From assembly GCA_033581555.1 (NCBI GenBank), contig JAVQSZ010000004.1, positions 64,001 through 128,000 of the forward strand: DNA of 64,000 nt. Direction: 5' to 3'. Position 1 is the stretch's first letter. Every line of letters begins with the position of its first letter. This document shows, in pieces, positions 48,745 to 56,719 of the stretch. Source of the stretch: Nitrososphaerota archaeon (GTDB taxonomy: Archaea; Thermoproteota; Nitrososphaeria_A; Caldarchaeales; Calditenuaceae). Below the pieces are notes generated by a model, which saw nothing but the letters and a program-made list of their open reading frames with translations, did not search any database and was not told the origin of the DNA. The position numbers and the translations under genes are program-made.

Positions 48745-48809
48745 GCGCGGCGATGACCGGTCAGGGTTACCGCGACCGAGTGAGCGGAGGGCGTTTGAGT
48801 GAGCCGCGC
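48745..48809 (+). ncRNA. Candidate small RNA (C/D-box-like)
   Basis: 7-bp terminal stem GCGCGGC/GCCGCGC, GCGATGA C-like box, GTGA D-like box, ATAAAT about 24 nt upstream. Confidence 0.3.
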
Positions 48810-48872
48810 CGAATCGTCGGGCCTCGCTGACAACCTTTATCACAAGCCCGAGGACCGTATTGTGACCACAAA

Positions 48873-49559
48873 ATGCGTCTCGGTCTCGTGATCGGAGCGG
48901 TCATCGCGTTGACGTTACTGCTCGCGTTGTCGCCGGTCGCTCAAGCTTCGAGGCCGCTTCCGGGAACAAACTTCGCGAACGCGCCGTCGCTCAGGCCAGG
49001 CTCCTACACCTACGACCTCCAGCCCGGCGACCTCCACTTCTTCAGGGTCGACCTCGTCAAGGGCCAGACGATCTTCGTGGTGGTCAGGGTGCCGGTAGGC
49101 CAGGACTTCGACCTGATCCTGTTCTCGCCGGAGAGGGACCCGATAGAGCAGGGCGTGAGGCCGAGTGGGTTCTACGAGCGGGTCTCCTACAAGGCCGTCG
49201 CCTCAGGCCCCCACTACGTCGTGGTCTATCCATTCGGCCCGTCGAGGGGAGCCTACACGCTTGAGATCTCGGTGCTCGACGAGCCCGCGGTGACGGTCAC
49301 GGTCACCGCGACGGAGCTTAGGTACGTCACGGTGACGGTTCCGGGAGCGACCGTTACCGCGCAGGTAGTGTCCTTCAGGACCGTGATGCTCGAGCCGAAG
49401 GACGTCGGGACCGAGGCCTGGGGCGCCATGGGGATGGGGCTGGTCGCGATCGGGCTGGTCGCGACGGCGCTCATCGTCCACGACTCCATCTCGAGGCTGA
49501 GGGGGTCTCCGGGCGCCGAGGCACGTCCGAGGCAGGAGGGAGGGGGTGAGGGAGGGTGA
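48873..49559 (+). CDS. Surface protein: signal peptide, PPC-like domain, Thr/Val-rich linker, C-terminal TM
   Basis: DLHFFRV..GQT..DFDLILF..GPHYVVV..GAYTL; VTVTVT. Confidence 0.7.
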   Translation: MRLGLVIGAVIALTLLLALSPVAQASRPLPGTNFANAPSLRPGSYTYDLQPGDLHFFRVDLVKGQTIFVVVRVPVGQDFDLILFSPERDPIEQGVRPSGFYERVSYKAVASGPHYVVVYPFGPSRGAYTLEISVLDEPAVTVTVTATELRYVTVTVPGATVTAQVVSFRTVMLEPKDVGTEAWGAMGMGLVAIGLVATALIVHDSISRLRGSPGAEARPRQEGGGEGG

Positions 49560-50317
49560 CTCGCGCTTTCAGCGGAGTGGTCCTGCTGGTCGCGGTGCTA
49601 GTCGTAGCGCTGGCGATGGGCTTCTCGGGCTACTTCCTCGGTTACTCGGTAGGACGCGATGAGGCGCTCGCGGAGTTCAGGCAGCTCAGGTCGGTGAACG
49701 AGAGGCTCGGGGCCGAGCTCGAGTCTCTCAACGCGCAGCTCTCCCAGCTCAGGCTCGAGCGGGACGACCTCAGGGTACGGGTCAGCTCGCTGCAGGCGAA
49801 CCTCGCCTCGCTCAGCGAGTCCGTTACCGAGCTCCAGTCGAGGCTCAGGGCGGCGGAGTCGGCCTCCGCGGAGCTCAACAGGAGAGCCGAGAGGGCCAGG
49901 TCCGTGATCTCCGGTCTCGAGAAGGCGATCGCCATCTACACCCAGATCTCGGGGAGGGACCTGCTCCTCCAGCTCCTCTTCGTCGGCGTAACGGACATCC
50001 GGCAGCTGAACGAGACCCGCGTCAGGACCTTCCTCACCAATTATTGGTCCGGGCTGAAGTCGACGGTCGCGGAGTACGAGCCGCAGCTCACGTCCTCAGT
50101 TGACAGGATCATCGGCAACATCGGCGGCGTGATCGACTACATCAGGTGGCTCCAGCGACAGCCGCCCGCAGGGGCGAGCTCCGAGGAGGTCCTCAGGTGG
50201 CTCCTCGCCTACCCCACGAGCTTCGACGCGTATCAGGAGTCGGTCCTGCGGTTCCTCGATGAGTTCATGCTCTCCGTCTCCTCCAAGATAATCGCGCTCC
50301 GCGACGTCGGCCTCTGA
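49556..50317 (+). CDS. Membrane-anchored coiled-coil protein
   Basis: N-terminal TM followed by heptads; overlaps upstream stop. Confidence 0.65.
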   Translation: MTRAFSGVVLLVAVLVVALAMGFSGYFLGYSVGRDEALAEFRQLRSVNERLGAELESLNAQLSQLRLERDDLRVRVSSLQANLASLSESVTELQSRLRAAESASAELNRRAERARSVISGLEKAIAIYTQISGRDLLLQLLFVGVTDIRQLNETRVRTFLTNYWSGLKSTVAEYEPQLTSSVDRIIGNIGGVIDYIRWLQRQPPAGASSEEVLRWLLAYPTSFDAYQESVLRFLDEFMLSVSSKIIALRDVGL

Positions 50318-50365
50318 CCTCCGAGAACGTCTAAATCGACCCTTCAGCAAGCCGTTACTGCGGGA

Positions 50366-50476
50366 AGCCCGGTCGTCTAGCGGTCAAACTGGCCAGAGGA
50401 CCAGGGATTCCGGGCTTTGGATCCCCTCCTGGGGAGAGGCGACCCGGAGACGTGGGTTCGAATCCCACCCGGGCTA
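50366..50476 (+). tRNA. tRNA-Gln(UUG) with two introns: 21/22 (50388-50404) and 37/38 (50421-50441)
   Basis: Acceptor AGCCCGG/CCGGGCT-A, T-arm GTGGG-TTCGAAT-CCCAC, anticodon CT-TTG-G; both introns form BHB motifs. Confidence 0.92.
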
Positions 50477-50598
50477 TCCGGCGCAGAGGGGCGAGTTGCC
50501 CCGTTCAGAGTCACTCTGAGGACCGACGGCCCCTGCTGAAGCACCGCAAGCCATCCGGAGGGCGTCGCTGCGCAAATATACTGCACCTACGATCGTCC

Positions 50599-51534
50599 AT
50601 GGGGTTGACCGGGTTCGGCGAGGTCATCGCGAGGCTCGAGCGCGAGAGGAAACCCTATGCGATCGCGACCATCGTCAAGGTCGAGGGCTCCTCGCTCGGG
50701 AAGCCGGGGTTCAAGATCGTCGTCGACGATGAGGGCAGGATCCTCTACGGGACGTTGGGGGGCGTCTGCCCCGAGGGCCCGATAGTCTCGGTCGCGGTCG
50801 AGGCGATCAAGCAGGACAGGCCGAGGCTCGTCTCGGTCCACCTGGTGGGTCCGGAGGAGTCGGTGGCTCGGATGGCGGCGGGGAGGGCGTCGGAGGACGA
50901 GGTCTTCGTCGAGACCTTCTGCGGCGGGAGGCTAGAGATCTTCGTCGAGCCGAGGTCGCCCAGGAGGAGGCTCGTGATCGTCGCTCAAGGGGGGAGGGAC
51001 GACGTCGAGGAGGCGCTGGTCAGCTTCGGGAGGATTCTGGGTTTCGAGACGGTCGTCGTGAACCCCGCCCCCGCCCTGACCGTTGAGCCCGACGTCCTGA
51101 TCACCGACCTCTCCTTCGACATCGGCTCTCTGAACCTCGGGGAGCGGGACTACGTCGTCGTCCTGACGAAGGGCGGCAGGGACCTGGAGGTCCTGGAGAG
51201 CCTCTCGAGGACGAAGGTAGGCTACGTGGGGTTGGTCGCGAGCAGGAAGCGGGTCGCGAGGAACCTGGAGCTCCTGAGGTCGAGGGGCGTCAGCGAGGAG
51301 TTCATCAGGTCCCTCAGCGCCCCCGCGGGGATCGACATCGGTGCCTACACGCCGGAGGAGGTGGCTCTGGCAGTCGTCGCGGAGGTCGTCGCGAAGATCC
51401 GGGGCGTAAAGGTGCGGAGGAAGGGAGAGGAGGAGCAGGCACAGGCACCGACGCAGACCTCAACGACTGAGGCCGCCGGAGAGGTCAGGGTAGTGAGTGG
51501 GGCCTGCGAGCCGTCACCGAGGGCCGGGGCCTAA
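50599..51534 (+). CDS. XdhC/CoxF-family molybdenum cofactor chaperone
   Basis: ATIVKVEGSS, GTLGGVC, CGGRLEIFVEP, YVGLVASRK, APAGIDIG..TPEEVA. Confidence 0.88.
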   Translation: MGLTGFGEVIARLERERKPYAIATIVKVEGSSLGKPGFKIVVDDEGRILYGTLGGVCPEGPIVSVAVEAIKQDRPRLVSVHLVGPEESVARMAAGRASEDEVFVETFCGGRLEIFVEPRSPRRRLVIVAQGGRDDVEEALVSFGRILGFETVVVNPAPALTVEPDVLITDLSFDIGSLNLGERDYVVVLTKGGRDLEVLESLSRTKVGYVGLVASRKRVARNLELLRSRGVSEEFIRSLSAPAGIDIGAYTPEEVALAVVAEVVAKIRGVKVRRKGEEEQAQAPTQTSTTEAAGEVRVVSGACEPSPRAGA

Positions 51535-51580
51535 GGTGGCGACCGGCTCACGCTTATACCCCGCTCTCTCTGACTAGGTT

Positions 51581-51877
51581 GGGGACGGGCAGCTGGGCGG
51601 GCTTCGGGGAGATCCCGGGGAAGTTCCTCCCTCCCACGGTGGGCCCGGTGCCGTGAGGCACGGGGGGAGACCTCCGGCAACGCCACAGAAACGATACCCC
51701 TCCGGCCGGATGCGGGCTGACGCGGGAGGTCCCGCCGACGACGGCCGGAGACCGGATGAAACGGGCGTCCCGGGCGGAGAAAGTGGTCGGGGCCGTGAGC
51801 CCCACCGTCGAGCCCCGGAGCGACGAGAAGACGGATCCCGCCTAGAACAGAAGGAGGGCTACGGGCTGCCCGTCCCC
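51581..51877 (+). ncRNA. rnpB: Archaeal RNase P RNA
   Basis: P1 GGGGACGGGCAGC/GCTGCCCGTCCCC; CR-I GGGGAAGTTCCTCC; ACAGAAA and TGAAAC; CR-V AACAGAAGGAGGGCTA; TTATA about 25 nt upstream. Confidence 0.9.
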
Positions 51878-51878
51878 G

Positions 51879-53114
51879 CTACCCCTTCCTCCCCCTGCCG
51901 AGCCTCTCGTGGGCCCTGGCGAGGTGGTGCGCCGAGAGCGCCGACGTCAGCGAGAGCTCCCCCGCGAGCGCGGCCCCGGCCAGCACCTCCGCGAACTTCT
52001 TCGCGTTGGTCCCCGGAGGGTCACCGGGCCCTGCGACGCCCATGATCGAGAGCGCGGCCCTCTGCGCTGGGAGCCAGGTACCTCCGCCGACGGTCCCGAC
52101 CTCGAGGCTGGGCATCGTGAGGCTGAAGTAGAGGTCGCCCTCCTGAGTTACGTCAGCGTAGGTGATCGACATGCTGGACTCGACGACCTGCGCCGGGTCC
52201 TGGCCGGTCGCGATGAAGACCGCCGCCACCACGTTCGCGACGTGAGCGTTGAAGCCCCCGAGGGCTCCCGCGAGCGCCGAACCGACGTAGAGCTTCGCAG
52301 AGACGACCCTGACCACGGCCTCGGGAGTGGTCTTCAGGACTGATGCGACGACCTCCCTCTTGATCACGGCCTCCGCGGAGACGGTCTTCCCCCTTCCGGT
52401 CACCCAGTTGACCGCGGCGGGCTTCTTGTCGGTGCAGAGGTTGCCGCTGAGGGAGACGTGCCTGACCCACTCGAGCCTCGACGTGATCTCCTCGACGACG
52501 CGCTCCGCGGCCCTCGTGACCATGTTCATCCCCATCGCGTCGCCCGTTGTGGCCTCCATCCTGAGGAAGACGTACTTCCCGGCGACGAAGGGCTTGACTG
52601 CCCTGAGGTCGCCGTGGGACGTCGTCGACCTGAAGGCCTCCCTGAGGACCTGGAAGTTCTCCTCGACCCACCTCGCGAGCCTCAGGCTCCACTCGAGGCC
52701 CGGAGTCTCGAGCGCAGGGGCTCTGGTCATCTTGTCGTCCAAGACCCTCGCCCTCACCGAGCCCGACGCCCTTATCGCGGAGGCTCCCCTGTTCACCGTC
52801 GCGACCAGCGCGCCCTCCGTCGTAGCCAGGGGGACATAGGCGTTCCCCCTGAAGTGCTCGCCCTCGACCGGGATCGGTCCCGCAATCCCCACAGGTATCG
52901 TGACGCCCCCTATCGTGTTCTCGCAGTTCCTGCCTACTATCCCCTCGAACGGCAGGTCGACGTCCAGGGCAGAGAGGTCCAGGCCGAGCTTGCTCTCGAG
53001 GAACCTCCTCCGGAGCGCAGTCGCGTCCTGAGGACCGACGATCTCGTCGAGCGCGTGGAGCTTCACCCTCCCGGTCAGGAGGTCCTCGAGCGAGACGGCC
53101 TCAGACCCGCCCAG
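51879..53114 (-). CDS. hmgA: HMG-CoA reductase (class I, NADPH)
   Basis: CENTIG, LATTEGAL, GDAMGMNM, GNLCTDKK, TGQDPAQ, GTVGGGT. Start is 53066 (GTG) or 53114 (CTG). Confidence 0.95.
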   Translation of the reverse strand: MGGSEAVSLEDLLTGRVKLHALDEIVGPQDATALRRRFLESKLGLDLSALDVDLPFEGIVGRNCENTIGGVTIPVGIAGPIPVEGEHFRGNAYVPLATTEGALVATVNRGASAIRASGSVRARVLDDKMTRAPALETPGLEWSLRLARWVEENFQVLREAFRSTTSHGDLRAVKPFVAGKYVFLRMEATTGDAMGMNMVTRAAERVVEEITSRLEWVRHVSLSGNLCTDKKPAAVNWVTGRGKTVSAEAVIKREVVASVLKTTPEAVVRVVSAKLYVGSALAGALGGFNAHVANVVAAVFIATGQDPAQVVESSMSITYADVTQEGDLYFSLTMPSLEVGTVGGGTWLPAQRAALSIMGVAGPGDPPGTNAKKFAEVLAGAALAGELSLTSALSAHHLARAHERLGRGRKG

Positions 53115-53115
53115 C

Positions 53116-54657
53116 TCACCTCACCACCTTCGGGACCGTCGGCGCGTACCTCATCCTCTCCCTGATGGGCTTCGGCCAGTCGTCGACCTCGAACCCGTGC
53201 CTCGCGAGGAAGGCCGCAGCCCACCTCGATATCCCGTGGCCGACGCAGCCGGTCCAGACCGGCCTCTCCTTCACCTCCTTTATCCTGAAGGCGTTGACGT
53301 AGAAGTCCCTGTGGACAGTCGCGGCCGTGATCTCGAGCCACTCGGCCTCCTCCCTCTCGCCCCTGTAAGCCATGTAGACCTCTACGTCCAGCGTCGGGAT
53401 CTTAGCCGACGTCGATACGTCGATCACCCTCTTCCTGGCCTCCTCAGGCGAGAGGTAAAAGGGCGCGCCCGCGACGACCCGCCACTCGAGGTCTAGGTCC
53501 TTGTCTACTACCTCTACCGTTCTGTCGATTATCGAGTCCCTCAGCTCTACGACGTCCTCCGGCGAGCCTAGCACCACCATCTCCATCCTGAGGAACTCGT
53601 TGGTCCTGACGATCCCCTCGACCCCTCCTGCCTCGTTCCTCCAGGTCCACCCTCCCATCACGTCGAAGGCCTTCACGGGGAGGTCCTCGAGCCTGACGTA
53701 CTCCTGGCTGAAGAACTGGTAGAAGGGCGGGCACTGGACCGCGTCCAGGACGTACCTCGGGTCCTCGAGGACGTTCCTCAGCAAGTCGACCCTGAGCTCC
53801 CTCCTTAGCGAGTACTCCCTCTTGAACTCGGCGAAGGCGCTCGGGTCTCTCGGTGGCGGACAGACGTAAAAGAGGCCCTCGGGGAGGTGCTCGACGTAAG
53901 TAGAGAGCTTCTGGAGGACCTCTATCGGCAAGAGCCTCGGGAAGACCCACTCCTGGAAGCCGAGCGGCAGGCAGATCCGGTCTATTATCAGCTGAACTAT
54001 GGACCTGACGAGCGAGGCCATGGGAGGAGCGTAGATCCACTGGCCCCTCCCTGGGAAGCGTTTGATCCAACCGAGCGACTCCGCCACCTGCCCCACGTCC
54101 TCGATGACCTTTTGGGGCCTCGCGGGGCCCCTCTTCAGGACGGTCCCGAAGGTCGCCGGGACCGCGATCTCCTCCGCGACCGCGGAGACCCTCACCCTCC
54201 TCAGCGCCCTCTCGACGAGCCTGTCTTGTAGCTCCCTCTCGGTGATGCCCGTGAACCTTATTTCGAGCGAGTCCCCGACCTGTGAGACCTCCGCGACGCC
54301 CTCCAGCTCCCTCGCAGCCCTCTCGCGGTCGAAGCCCCTCTCGAGCCTGACGGTCAGCTCCTCGACCAGCGTCCCTCTGACCCCGACCCTGTAGGACCTC
54401 CCCATCGACTCGGCGACCGCGTTCTTCAGCCTCAGGACCGCGTCGGTCGCCCAGACCGCTGTCCCTGACTCGACCTCGAACTGGACCTCGTTCCCCCTCA
54501 GCTCGAACCTCAGCAGCTTCGCACCTTCCGTCGCCCTCTCCGGCGGAACGCCCTTTGAGAGGGCCGCGTTCAGGTCCGCGATGAGCCTCTCTAGACCGTC
54601 AGCGCTGACGGCTGGTGCTGCGCTGAGGACGAATTTGCCTCTCGCGAGCATCCTCAA
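53116..54657 (-). CDS. serS: Seryl-tRNA synthetase, methanogen type
   Basis: N-domain KGVP..GAK..VESG..LRLKN..YRVGVRG; QCPPF, WRNEAGG..GIVR.NEF.RME, WTGCVG. Confidence 0.88.
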   Translation of the reverse strand: MRMLARGKFVLSAAPAVSADGLERLIADLNAALSKGVPPERATEGAKLLRFELRGNEVQFEVESGTAVWATDAVLRLKNAVAESMGRSYRVGVRGTLVEELTVRLERGFDRERAARELEGVAEVSQVGDSLEIRFTGITERELQDRLVERALRRVRVSAVAEEIAVPATFGTVLKRGPARPQKVIEDVGQVAESLGWIKRFPGRGQWIYAPPMASLVRSIVQLIIDRICLPLGFQEWVFPRLLPIEVLQKLSTYVEHLPEGLFYVCPPPRDPSAFAEFKREYSLRRELRVDLLRNVLEDPRYVLDAVQCPPFYQFFSQEYVRLEDLPVKAFDVMGGWTWRNEAGGVEGIVRTNEFLRMEMVVLGSPEDVVELRDSIIDRTVEVVDKDLDLEWRVVAGAPFYLSPEEARKRVIDVSTSAKIPTLDVEVYMAYRGEREEAEWLEITAATVHRDFYVNAFRIKEVKERPVWTGCVGHGISRWAAAFLARHGFEVDDWPKPIRERMRYAPTVPKVVR

Positions 54658-54777
54658 AGCCTATCCCTGACCGGTGGTCCTCCGGTAACATAAACTTACG
54701 GGGAAACCGGCTGCGGTCTCCCTCTTCGACCTCCGCCGTAGACTGATATAGGACCAGGGGTCGAGGGTGATGCGAGG

Positions 54778-55119
54778 ATGGAGTTCTGCCCGAACTGCGG
54801 CAGCTTCATGACGACCGCGAGGACGAGCGGAGGTGTCGCGCTGGTCTGCAGGCGATGCGGCTACAGGAAGGCCGGAAGGACGGTTGAGATCAAGCTGAGG
54901 ACCTCCAACAGGCCGACGGGGAGGCAGAGGGTCGGGATCGTCGTGGAGGAGGCCGGCGAGGAGTCCTCGGTCCACCCGAAGACGACCGACGTGGTCTGCC
55001 CGGAGTGCGGGAACAGGGAGGCCTACTGGTGGACGGTGCAGACGAGGTCCGCAGACGAGCCGATGACCCAGTTCTTCAGGTGCACCAAGTGCGGCCACAC
55101 CTGGCGCGAGTACGCCTGA
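54778..55119 (+). CDS. tfs: Transcription factor S
   Basis: Two zinc ribbons; QTRSADEPMTQFFRC. Confidence 0.95.
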   Translation: MEFCPNCGSFMTTARTSGGVALVCRRCGYRKAGRTVEIKLRTSNRPTGRQRVGIVVEEAGEESSVHPKTTDVVCPECGNREAYWWTVQTRSADEPMTQFFRCTKCGHTWREYA

Positions 55120-55129
55120 AGCCCCGCGC

Positions 55130-55858
55130 TCACCTCTCGACCAAGACCGCCTTCTTCCTACACCCCACTGGGAACCTGACGGAGTTCCAGACCTCCTCCC
55201 GGGCGAGGAGCGAGTAGACCCCGGAGCACCTGATCCCCTTGTCCTGGAGGAGGGAGATGAAGTCCGTGAGCGGATGGGGCGACCCGACCGAGCTCGCGAA
55301 GACCAGCACTCCGTCCTTGTAGGACTTGATGACCGATGGTACCCAGAGGTGCCTCGAGGAGTAGTCGCCCTTCGGCTTGTAGGTGACCGGGAAGTACTCC
55401 TCCGTGTCACACATCGGCCGCTCACCGACCAACACCAGCCCGCAGCCAGTGACGAGCGAGAACGCGACCGTCAAGGGGATAGCCGGCGGGTCCAGGTTCG
55501 CGGCCGCGACCACCCTAGTCCCCTCGAAGGCCCCGAGCGCGTGGTACGCGAGGATCTTCAGGGCCTGGCCGTCGGAAGCTAGCCTGATCGACCACCGGTC
55601 CCGATAGCTCTCGACGTACTCCCTCACGAGCTCTTCTGGCCTGATGATCTCGAGGGCCCGCCTCATGATCTCCCTCGCGACCCGGGGCCTCGGGACGGTC
55701 TTCCTGTGGAGGTACCTCGCTAAGGTGGACTGCGAGATGCCCAGCAGCTTCGAGAGCTTTCTGTAGTTGTACCTGCTCTTGAGGAAGTATAGGACGTCGA
55801 CCGCCGCGGTCACGTTCTGCGTCGTGATCACCGTCCTCTGGGCTGTCATCCCTCTCAC
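55130..55858 (-). CDS. HTH plus degenerate phosphoribosyltransferase-fold regulator
   Basis: HTH YRKLSKLLGISQSTLARY..P; PRTase-like body without the DD motif. Confidence 0.65.
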   Translation of the reverse strand: MRGMTAQRTVITTQNVTAAVDVLYFLKSRYNYRKLSKLLGISQSTLARYLHRKTVPRPRVAREIMRRALEIIRPEELVREYVESYRDRWSIRLASDGQALKILAYHALGAFEGTRVVAAANLDPPAIPLTVAFSLVTGCGLVLVGERPMCDTEEYFPVTYKPKGDYSSRHLWVPSVIKSYKDGVLVFASSVGSPHPLTDFISLLQDKGIRCSGVYSLLAREEVWNSVRFPVGCRKKAVLVER

Positions 55859-55904
55859 GACCGAACGTCCGAAATTAAGCAGTATTCCCGAGGTCAGGAT
55901 GGGC

Positions 55905-56426
55905 TCAGCCGCGGAGCCTCAGGCTTCTCCTGTGGTGCTCAGGGAGGACGCCGAGGAGCCTCTCGTAGGTCCCGGAGAGGAGCTCGGGAAGCACCTTGGT
56001 GTCGCTTATCACCGGCATGAAGTTCGTGTCGCCGACCCACCTGGGGACCACGTGGACGTGGATGTGGTCCTCGATCCCCGCTCCGGCCGCCTTGCCCAAG
56101 TTCATCCCTATGTTGAAACCCGAGGGCCTGTAGGCCTTGTTCAGCAGCTCTACGGAGAGCCTCGTCAGGCCCATCAACTCGGTCAGCTCGTCGTCGCGGA
56201 GCCTCATGATGTCGCCCTCGTGTCTCACCGTCGCGATCATGAGGTGCCCGGTGTTGTACGGGAAGGCGTTCAGAATGACGAAGGCCCTCCTGCCCCTGAC
56301 CAAGATGAGGTTGGCCCTGTCGTCGCTGCCGTTGAACTTCTGGCAGAAGACGCATCCCTCCTTCGAGCCCGACTTCACAGCCCTCTCGATGTAGCCCATC
56401 CTCCACGGCGCCCAGAGCCTCTCCAC
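55905..56426 (-). CDS. HIT family hydrolase (Ap4A phosphorylase type)
   Basis: LWAPWRM, FPYNTGH, HIHVHVVPRW. Confidence 0.92.
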   Translation of the reverse strand: MERLWAPWRMGYIERAVKSGSKEGCVFCQKFNGSDDRANLILVRGRRAFVILNAFPYNTGHLMIATVRHEGDIMRLRDDELTELMGLTRLSVELLNKAYRPSGFNIGMNLGKAAGAGIEDHIHVHVVPRWVGDTNFMPVISDTKVLPELLSGTYERLLGVLPEHHRRSLRLRG

Positions 56427-56482
56427 GCACTTCGGTCGCCGACCACGCCCTTAAAGCTTGAGCACCCGGCGGGAGATCGTTA

Positions 56483-56719
56483 TTGACGGGCTTCGACCGC
56501 ATCGGACAGGTGGCGGAGTTGTTCTACGTCGTGAAGTGTCCGAGGTGCTCAGGGATCTCCGTCACGAGGGCGAGGACGGCCTACAGGTGTCCGTTCTGCG
56601 GCCTGAAGGTCTCAGTAGACGAGACGACGGTCCTACACGTCGCGAGGGACGCCAAGAGGGCGAGGGAGGTCGCGTCACGGCTGAAGGTCAAGGGCTCGGG
56701 TTCGGGTCAGACCGAGTGA
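56483..56719 (+). CDS. Small zinc-ribbon protein (DUF1922-like)
   Basis: CPRC..CPFCG; start uncertain. Confidence 0.6.
   Translation: MTGFDRIGQVAELFYVVKCPRCSGISVTRARTAYRCPFCGLKVSVDETTVLHVARDAKRAREVASRLKVKGSGSGQTE

Noticed and set aside
50477-50574. Minus-strand resemblance to tRNA-Sec (CTTCAG loop, long extra hairpin, GGGG..CCCC-TCTGCGCCG end)
   Set aside because: No TTCRA T-loop, only a 6-bp acceptor-like stem, and no proper D or anticodon stems. Kept only as a generic structured element.
50452-50598. N-terminal extension of XdhC
   Set aside because: It overlaps tRNA-Gln; ATG 50599 has its own AT box.
51554-52045. Short ORFs over the RNase P RNA
   Set aside because: Explained by rnpB and the antisense strand of hmgA.
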